This document shows positions 56,280-64,000 of a DNA stretch of 64,000 bases, piece after piece. A program made the position numbers and the translations under genes. Source of the DNA: Heteronotia binoei. Its lineage: Eukaryota. The notes below the pieces were generated by a model, which saw nothing but the letters and a program-made list of their open reading frames with translations, was not told the DNA's origin and did no database searches. Positions within the stretch are counted from its first letter, which is position 1. Each line of letters opens with the position of its first letter. The stretch lies in NCBI RefSeq assembly GCF_032191835.1, contig NC_083229.1, positions 992,001-1,056,000 of the forward strand, written 5' to 3'.

Positions 56280-57400
56280 CGCTGGTCCTCAGGGCTGCTT
56301 CAGCCCAACAGCGCTGCTGCCCACCGGGCTCCCTCCGCCGCCGCTGCAAGCGGACAGATCAGCGCGGGAAACGCAGGATTCCAAATATAGGCGCATGGCC
56401 ACGCCCACTGGCCGAGAGGGCGTGGCCAGCCCCCCCCGCCCTTCTGCCTTTGTTCCTCCGAGGGCCGAGAAACGCCCCCTCCGGCGCAGCCTATCAGGGC
56501 CGAGCTCCGTCCCGACCGCAGTCAGAGGCGGGGAAACTCCTGATGAGCGTCGCCTTCCTCCAGTCGCGTCTTCAGAGCCGCATGATTGGCATTCGTGTGG
56601 GCGAGTAGGAGCTCGCAAGGTGTCAGGCGTCCAATGGCGGCTCGGCGCGGGCGGGGCTGCTGGCGCTTGTTGTCGTCCCGTCCTGGAGCAAGAGGGGTTC
56701 CGTCGCTGGCTTCGCTCTGAGGGAAGGCGATCCGGGGGGCGATCCGGGGGGCGCGATCAGCGGGCAGCACCGTCCCGAGCACTCGGGGACATGTCGAGGC
56801 GGGCAGGGCCCCGGAGGGCCGCTTGGAGGAGACGGACGGCGACGACGGCTGAGACGGCGCTGACGCCGAGTTCGAGTTCCCTCCGGAGATTGCACCGCTC
56901 GACGGTCTTCTGCCCTTGAAGGAGTTCGGCCGCGAGCGGAGAAAGAGGAAGCGGCCCCGGGCGCCCACAGCAGGTTGGTGGAGCGGGGCGGCTACGGGCC
57001 CTCAGCGCTTGGACTACGCTTCCCGGCATGCCGCGCGTCAAGGGCTCCCTTGTCGGCTATTCGCTAATAGCGCGGGGCACCTTGGGAAATGGCGTCTTTT
57101 GGCCTTGGGCCCGCAACGGGCCCTGCCTTCCCCGGCGCGCGGCATTCTGGGAGCTGCCATCCCTCGGCGCGCGGCATTCTGGGAAATGTAGTTTTTCCCC
57201 TCCCCGGGGGAAACTGCGGCTCCGCCGAGCTCGTCGTGGGGCTGGCTCGGCCGTCTCTGGCTCTGCATCCCTGGGCGAAGGAGGCGCTGGAGAAGGCCGC
57301 TGTGCAGGGCACGGAACGCTGCCTCCGACTCGCAGCAGCAGACCTGTTCAGCGCACAGCGGGGACCGTGGCCGCCTTAGTGCTCCCTGCCCCCCCCCCCC
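56280..57400 (+). promoter_or_regulatory. MAF1 CpG island with probable non-coding exon 1 (donor at 56973/56974)
   Basis: CpG island with ATTGG 56585-56589 and CCAAT 56631-56635, and KLF/SP sites 56397-56427. CAG|GTTGGT donor candidate. Nearest island upstream of the MAF1 coding exon. Confidence 0.6.
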
Positions 57401-58384
57401 AAACAAACCCCGGACACTCGTTGCTTGGAACAGGAGGTGCCTCTCCTCTGTGCCTGCGGTGAATGCCCAGGCTTGCAAGCGCCTCGTCTTTTCTGCAACT
57501 TCCCTGTGCTTTCTAATCGAAGCCAGGCGTTGTGCAAGTCCGCTGCCTGTTTTAAAAATTCTGGAAGCGCCCACAATTTCGGCAAGCTTGCATGCATTCA
57601 TCGCCAGGGTTTTTAAAGGAGGCTTTCTTTAAGGACATTACAAACCCAGGAATATTTCCAAGCAGAGGACTGAGACCTCGTTATTGGCATTCACATCAAA
57701 GGACAAGTGGATCGCTGGCCTTCAGGTGATCAAAGACGCCGCTCCTTTCTGCCTCGCCTGCCTGTCATTCTGCACGAAGGAGCGGCCTCTGCTTTCTGTG
57801 GTGCTGCTGAGTCTGGAACATCTGTTTGCAGGGGGCCTCTTCCTATGTCCTTCTTGGACATAGGACTGCCCTCATGCCTTGACCTTTAAAGGCCCTGCAC
57901 ACTTTATAAAGGAAACCTGCAACAGGCCAGTCTTAAGGCTGTAGCCCTGATGCTGCTCTAATTCCTGCAGGACCTGCAAATCTAGCAGGGATAAGTCTCT
58001 TGAAAATCAAATTAAACATCAACATAACAGCTCTTTCAGGCCCAGGAGGCAGCATCACACATAGCAGGATTTCACTTAAGTCACTGGACCACAGGGGGTG
58101 CATTCACACACACTAAATAACGCATTTTGCAACTGGATTCTTACTGTGAAAGAATAGCAAAATCCGCTTGCAACCAGTCACAGTGTGAAAGCGTCCAGGG
58201 TGTTTGCCCCCACTTAGATACTTGGGAAGCTTCCCTCCCCCTTTCCCAAGGCATGGCAAGTATTCTATGCAGTTCCTGGTTTTTTCCCGTCTTTTACGTG
58301 AGCTTTTCTAAACTCCCACTTTTGATGGGGTTCAGCTACTTCTTTCTGACTCAGTAAAGAGCCATGGTGTTATTGCTGGAGATT

Positions 58385-59420
58385 CATAAGAACATAAGAG
58401 AAGCCATGTTGGATCAGGCCAATGGCCCATCCAGTCCAACACTCTGTGTCACATAAGAACATAAGAGAAGCCATGTTGGATCAGGCCAGTGGCCCCTCCA
58501 GTCCAACACTCTGTGTCACATAAGAACATAAGAGAAGCCATGTTGGATCAGACCAATGGCCCCTCCAGTCCAACACTCTGTGTCACATAAGAACATAAGA
58601 GAAGCCATGTTGGATCAGGCCAGTGGCCCCTCCAGTCCAACACTCTGTGTCACATAAGAACATAAGAGAAGCCATGTTGGATCAGGCCAGTGGCCCCTCC
58701 AGTCCAACACTCTGTGTCACATAAGAACATAAGAGAAGCCATGTTGGATCAGGCCAATGGCCCCTCCAGTCCAACACTCTGTGTCACATAAGAACAGAAG
58801 AGAAGCCCTGTTTGATCAGGCCAATGGCCCATCCAGTCCAACACTCTGTGTCACATAAGAACAGAAGAGAAGCCCTGTTGGATCAGGCCAATGGCCCCTC
58901 CAGTCCAACACTCTGTGTCAAACAGTGGCCAAAATTTTTTTTATACACACACACACACACACACACACTGTGGCTAATAGCCACTGATGGACCTCTGCTC
59001 CATATTTTTATCTAAACCCCTCTTGAAGGTGGCCATGCTTGTAGCCACCACCACCTCCTGTGGCAGTGAATTCCACATGCTAATCACCCTTTGGGTGAAG
59101 AAGTACTTCCTTTTATCCGTTTTAACCTGTCTGCTCAGCAATCGAATGCCCACGAGTTCTTGTATTGTGAGAAAGGGAGAAAAGTACTTCTTTCTCTACT
59201 TTTTCCATCCCATGCATTATCTTGTAAACCTCTATCATGTCACCCCGCAGTCAACGTTTCTTCAAGCTAAAGAGTCCCAAGCGTTTCAACCTTTCTTCAT
59301 AGGGAAAGTGCTCCAGCCCTTTAATCATTCTAGTTGCCCTTTTCTGGACTTTCTCCAATGCTATAATATCCTTTTTGAGGTGCGGCGACCAGAACTGCAT
59401 ACAGTACTCCAAATGAGTTC
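58385..59420 (-). mobile_element. CR1 3' fragment with 8 tandem copies of the 67-bp terminus (58385-58920)
   Basis: cataagaacataagag at 58385, 58452, 58519 and onward; ORF2 end continues to ~59420. Confidence 0.92.
58944..58968 (+). repeat. (CA)n microsatellite inside CR1 3' UTR
   Basis: Direct reading. Confidence 0.9.
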
Positions 59421-59489
59421 ATGCAGCCACAAAAAATGCTTTCTTCCAGCTTAATTTAGTTCGGAAGACGGTGCTCCACATTGACTTGG

Positions 59490-59890
59490 CCACTCTGTCC
59501 ACCTGGAAGCATGCCGCAGGAGCACTGAGACTAGACTGTTGCAAGGTGCCGTATGTGGCTCTGCCCTTGAAGTCAACACGGAGACTCCTCCAGTTGGCGC
59601 AGAATGCCACAGCTCTGTCATTATCAGGAGCATGCGCTTTACACCCATTCTTCAGTCACTCCACTGCCCATCAGTTACTGGGTTCAGTTCAAAGTGTTGG
59701 CTGTGGAACATGAAGCCCTTCATTACCTTGGATACTCATATCTGCAGGACTGCCTCTCCACCTGTGTCCTACCACAACAACTTTGCTTATCTGAGCAGGG
59801 CCTTCTGCGGTGCCATCTTGCAAACGGGCAAGGTACACAACAGCCTGTACCTGTGCATTCCCTGTAGCACCCCCCCTTGTGGAATGCCCT
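59490..59890 (+). mobile_element. Old L2 LINE ORF2 fragment
   Basis: RLDCC..YVALPLKSTRRL.QLAQNA..TPILQSLH..ISYWVQFKVL, typical of the L2 C-terminus, with frameshifts. Confidence 0.7.
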
Positions 59891-60644
59891 GCCGGAGGAG
59901 GCAGGTGGATGTGTGTGTGTATGCATGTGCATAATCATGCATGCATCCCCCCCCCCCCCCCCCAATCTTTACGCCTTACGTAAGGTTACACTGTCTCTGT
60001 GTCTTGGCTTCCATTTCCCCAGGTATGGATCTCTGATCAAGTCTCATCTTCAGTCAGCCTCTCCTGCAGTATTGTTTAAAACCCCTCCCTCTCTGCCTAC
60101 CCTGGATTTTTAATTTACTTTATAGCCCCCCCCCCTTCTTGCTGAGACTTCAGAAGAATAACGGGGCATAAAATAATGTGTTTAACAAATGGTTCAATGG
60201 GACTAGGATTTCATAACTTAGAAACAATTCAAAAAGAGTGTCCGACATGATGCATGATAAACCATGTAAAAATGGAATTAGAAAAGTAGAAAGTAATGCA
60301 ATAAGAATGTGGTACTATATATGATAGCAGAATAGGCTCCATCCAGCCTGGCTCCTTTATCAAATTCTCCCTGTATCACTCTGACTTGGATAGCCCAGGC
60401 AAGCGCAATCTCATTTGCAGGGCCGATCTGGGCAAGTACTTGGACCGGAGACCTCCAATGGAATATCCTCCCTGCCCCCAGTAGGGGTCAGTCACCAGAG
60501 GTTGTGGTGCACACCAAGGCAGATTTTCTTTTAAATCTCCTTATATCCATTCTATTGCCCAGAAATGTTCAGAGACTCTGTCATCTCAGTAGCTGCCGCA
60601 GCTCAAGGCCTGGAGGTACTCTGTGCCTATAACCTCTGTGCCAG

Positions 60645-61140
60645 TTTGGTGTAGTGGTTAAGTGTGCGGACTCTTATCTGGTTTGATTCCCCACTCCTCC
60701 ACTTGCAGCTGCTGGAGTGCCCTTGGTCAGCCAGAGCTCTCTCAGGAGTTGTCCTTGAAAGGGCAGCTGCTGTGAGAGCCCTCTCAGCACCACCCACCTC
60801 ACAGGGTGTCTGTTGTCAGGGAGGAACGTAAAGGAGATTGTGACCGCTCTGAGAATCAGAGTATAAGGCGGGATATGAATCCAATATCTTCTTCTTAAGT
60901 GCGTGGACTCTAATTTGGGACAGCCGGGTTTGATTCCCCATTCCTCCACTTGCAGCTGCTGAGTGACCTTGGGTCAGTCACGGTTCTCACAGAGTTCTCT
61001 CAAGGGCAGCTTGAGAGCTCTCTCAGCCCCACCCACCTCACAGGGTGTCTGTTGTGGGGAGGGGAAGGGGACGGGGATTGTAAGCCGCTCTGAGACTCCC
61101 AGTGAAGGACGGGGTATAATTCCAATACCTTCTCCTCTCT
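60645..61140 (+). mobile_element. Two Squam3-like SINE copies
   Basis: gccagtttggtgtagtggttaagtgtgcggactc head, and cctcacagggtgtctgttgt body twice. Confidence 0.8.
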
Positions 61141-61829
61141 TCTTTTTGCGTGGCTGAATAAAGCTGGTTGTGCAGCCTCTCCATCAGAGCCCTGCTCTTC
61201 TTGTGTTCTTGGGCCCCTGGAGCTTGACCCCCTTCTCTCAGCCTACCTTCTCTGGGCTGTCCTTGGAGCAGGGACCGAGGTCGATGAGAAGCTGCTTGGT
61301 GTCCACTGCTGGCCTGCAGGGTTTCTAGTTACAGCTGGAGTGTAAGGAGGCCTGTGGGTGTCCAGTTTCCAAAGTCCTGGCAGAGGCATGTGAGGCTTTG
61401 GGTGCAGCTCAGCTGCTGCCACTGTTTACATCCTGCCTGACCCAAGGTCTGCCCAGTCCAATTGTCTTGTTTCCAGGGCTGGACGGCCAGGTACTTCTGG
61501 GAGCCCTGGAAGCGAGCCTTCTGCCCTCCCCAGAGTCCTGCTGCCTCTCTTTGGTAGCTTCACTCATTCAGCTGTTAAGAGCTCTGTGGTGGCAGGGATT
61601 ATGCGGCAAGGACCTTTCAACTGATGATAGATGTCAAATTTCTAGAAATGCTGGAGGGAGGGGGAACTTGCTTACATGAGAAAACAGGAATTTGGGGGGA
61701 AGTTGAAATATATGAAATACTTCCCTAGCGAACTTATTTAACAACATAAAATGCATTGTTATTACTTAGCATATAAAAATGAACCATTTGGGTTGTTGTG
61801 TTTATAGAATTTTAAAGTACAAACATGGA

Positions 61830-62600
61830 ATCAAAGAGTTGGAAGGCGCCAGAGAGGCTGTCTAGTCTGTCCTGATCAGTGCAGGATCAGCCTAGAGCAT
61901 CCCTGACAAAGGTCGGTCCAGCCACTGCTTAAAGACTGCCAGGGAAGGGGAGTTCCCCACCTCCCTAGTCAGCTGCTGCTGAACTACTCTTACTGTAAAA
62001 AAAAAAATTCTTAATATCCAGCCTGTACCTTTCAACAGGTAATTTAAATGCATTGTTTTGAGTCCTCTCCTCTGCTGCCCACAGGAACAGCCCCCTGCCC
62101 TCCTCTAAGGGACAGCCCTTCAGAGATTTATAGGGAGCAGTCAGACTCCTCCCCTCCTCTCCAGACTGAACCCTCCCAGCCTTTCCTCCTAGGGCTTGGT
62201 CTCCAGGCCCCTGGTCATCCTCTGCACCCGCTCCATTCTGTCCACATCCTTTTCTTGAAGCGAGGCCTCCAGAACTGCACCCAGGACTCCAGGTGCAGTC
62301 TGACCAATAAGCAGTGTTTCCACTGGGCAAATTGAAGACATTTTAAGAACTTGAGAAGAGCCCTGCTGGATCAGGCCTGTGAAGATCCGTCTTCTAGTCC
62401 ATGCAGCATCCTCTTTCACACAGAGGTAGCCAGTTGCATTGGGAGGCCAAACAAGCAGGGCCCAGAGGCTGCTGCTGTCTCCTGGCACTGCCGTCAGAGG
62501 TGGATTGCCTTCAGGCACCCCGGCTAGGAGCCACTGATGGGCCTCTGCTCCATGAATCTGCACAGCCTCCTTTTAAAGCCATCTCAAATGTTTTCATCCT
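61830..62600 (-). mobile_element. CR1 fragments
   Basis: Minus-strand DVDRMERVQRMTRGLETK..; CR1 tails. Confidence 0.7.
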
Positions 62601-62789
62601 ACAGATATTTGAGTTGTCCTAAGAAGCATTTCTCTTATTCCAGAAAAGAAGATAATTCACATGAGCTTTCCCCTCCAGTACTCCCCACAAACTTGCATTT
62701 TTTCCTGTCAAAATACCAGGGAAAGTGGTATTTATCCCCCTAATTTTGGTCTGGGGGGAGTCTGGGCTTTCCCACCTCTACTGCTGACC

Positions 62790-62790
<1 letters not shown>

Positions 62791-62842
<52 letters not shown>
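62791..62842 (+). repeat. (CT)n microsatellite
   Basis: About 25 CT units directly upstream of the MAF1 exon acceptor. Confidence 0.95.
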
Positions 62843-62847
<5 letters not shown>

Positions 62848-62912
62848 TGGCAGGAAGTTTCAGTCGCAGAGCCGCACCATTGAGGATTATTCTGGCCCCA
62901 AGAGGCAGAACA

Positions 62913-62995
62913 ATGAAGCTGTTGGAAAACTCACGTTTTGAAGCGCTGAACTCTCAGCTGACAGTGGAGACAGGAGATGCGCACATCATTGGCAG
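62913..62995 (+). CDS. MAF1: First coding exon of MAF1, RNA polymerase III repressor (gene continues beyond window)
   Basis: [27 protein letters not shown](R) matches the MAF1 N-terminus. Donor AG|GTTTGC; acceptor at ~62853. Confidence 0.95.
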
Positions 62996-63204
62996 GTTTG
63001 CAATTGACACAAGGAGTGGTTTCCACAGAGTTAAAAAGTTGGGAAGGACTTAAAGACCGTCCAGTCCAAGCTCCAGGCAGGGAGAACCCGCCACATCCCT
63101 GGGCAGCCCAGCACAGAGCTGCCCTGATGGTTAAAAGATTCTTCCTCACATTCCCCTGATGTCTCCGTCCCTGTATTCAATTTGTTATGGTTTATTTATT
63201 ACTT

Positions 63205-63530
63205 TCGTTTTTTTTTTTTTTTTAAATTTTAAAGTTTTATTGCTAAGAATCAAATACAAACATAACAAAACACTGACACACTAATAACATGAAACATATA
63301 ACATAAAAAAGCAACACAATACACAACACAATAAACATACTACTCCCTACCACTTCATCCCCTACCAACTACACCCCACACTGGAGAGGGATAGGGGGGT
63401 TAAACATAAAAACATTACACAGTTCAATGCTTCATTCATACATTATCCTGATATACTCCTTATATATCATAGCTTCTGTTTTTATATGCCTTATATCATA
63501 TATCATATATCTTAACCTATCATATATCAT
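63205..63530 (-). mobile_element. 3' end of a poly(A) LINE (L1/Tx1-like)
   Basis: T-run followed by TTTATT (AATAAA plus poly(A) on -) and GT-rich 3' UTR on -. Confidence 0.5.
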
Positions 63531-63734
63531 AACCTCTGTTTTTAACCCTGTTTTCTATCCCGCCCTCTCCACAAGTGGACTCAGGGCGGCTAACAATTGA
63601 CCAAAACACAATTTAAGGTTGCAATTTAAAAGCAGTAAAATGAACAGAATACATTTCATGGTGCTACTCAAACCCATTGTGGCAAGTCCTCTCCTCCACT
63701 ACCCTCAAAATGCTGCCCTGCCCTCCTCTGACAA

Positions 63735-64000
63735 GGGGAGGGGCCGTGGCTCAATGGTCGAGCACCTGCTTGGTAAGCAGAAGGTCCCAGGTTCGATCCC
63801 CGGCATCTCCCACTAAAAAGGGTCCAGGGAAATAGGCATGAAAAACCTCAGCTGGAGACCCTGGAGAGCCGCTGCCAGTCTGAGTAGACAAGACTGCCTT
63901 TAGGGAGGGACAGTGGCTCAGTGGTCGAGCACCTGCTTGGTAAGCAGAAGGTCCCAGGTTCAATCCCCGGCATCTCCAACTAAAAAGGGTCCAGGCAAGT
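63735..64000 (+). mobile_element. Head-to-tail Squam2-like tRNA-derived SINE dimer
   Basis: A box gtggctcaatggt and B box ggttcgatcc, then SINE body; second copy starts at 63903. Confidence 0.82.

Noticed and set aside
63735-63810. tRNA-like sequence with A and B boxes
   Set aside because: It continues straight into a SINE body that recurs at 63903 and 13532-13982, so it is a SINE head, not a tRNA gene.

Overview
Vertebrate (squamate, most likely gecko, judging from Squam2/Squam3-type SINEs, CR1 and BovB) genomic DNA syntenic with human 8q24.3. Gene order: 3' tip of EXOSC4 (+), GPAA1 (+, 12 exons, one U12-type AT-AC intron), CYC1 (+, 7 exons), the SHARPIN-position gene (-), and the first exons of MAF1 (+). 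Exons were assembled by hand from splice sites and remembered protein sequences. The main result is that the SHARPIN-position gene has 14 exons (about 679 aa) and continues past PH-LTM-UBL-NZF into a complete HOIL-1L/RBCK1-type RING1-IBR-RING2 module, which mammalian SHARPIN lacks. The 7.9-kb intron between NZF and RING1 contains a candidate alternative terminal exon with its own poly(A) signal, so one locus may encode both a SHARPIN-like scaffold and a SHARPIN-RBR ligase (inference; needs RNA data). Introns and spacers are full of retroposons, many expanded locally into tandem arrays (67, 79, 104, 109, 134 and 156 bp units). Two retroposon tails supply the polypyrimidine/branch region of constitutive 3' splice sites. 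A ~200-bp inverted repeat lies inside the GPAA1 minor intron. Repeat boundaries are approximate, and family names come from recognition, not database searches.
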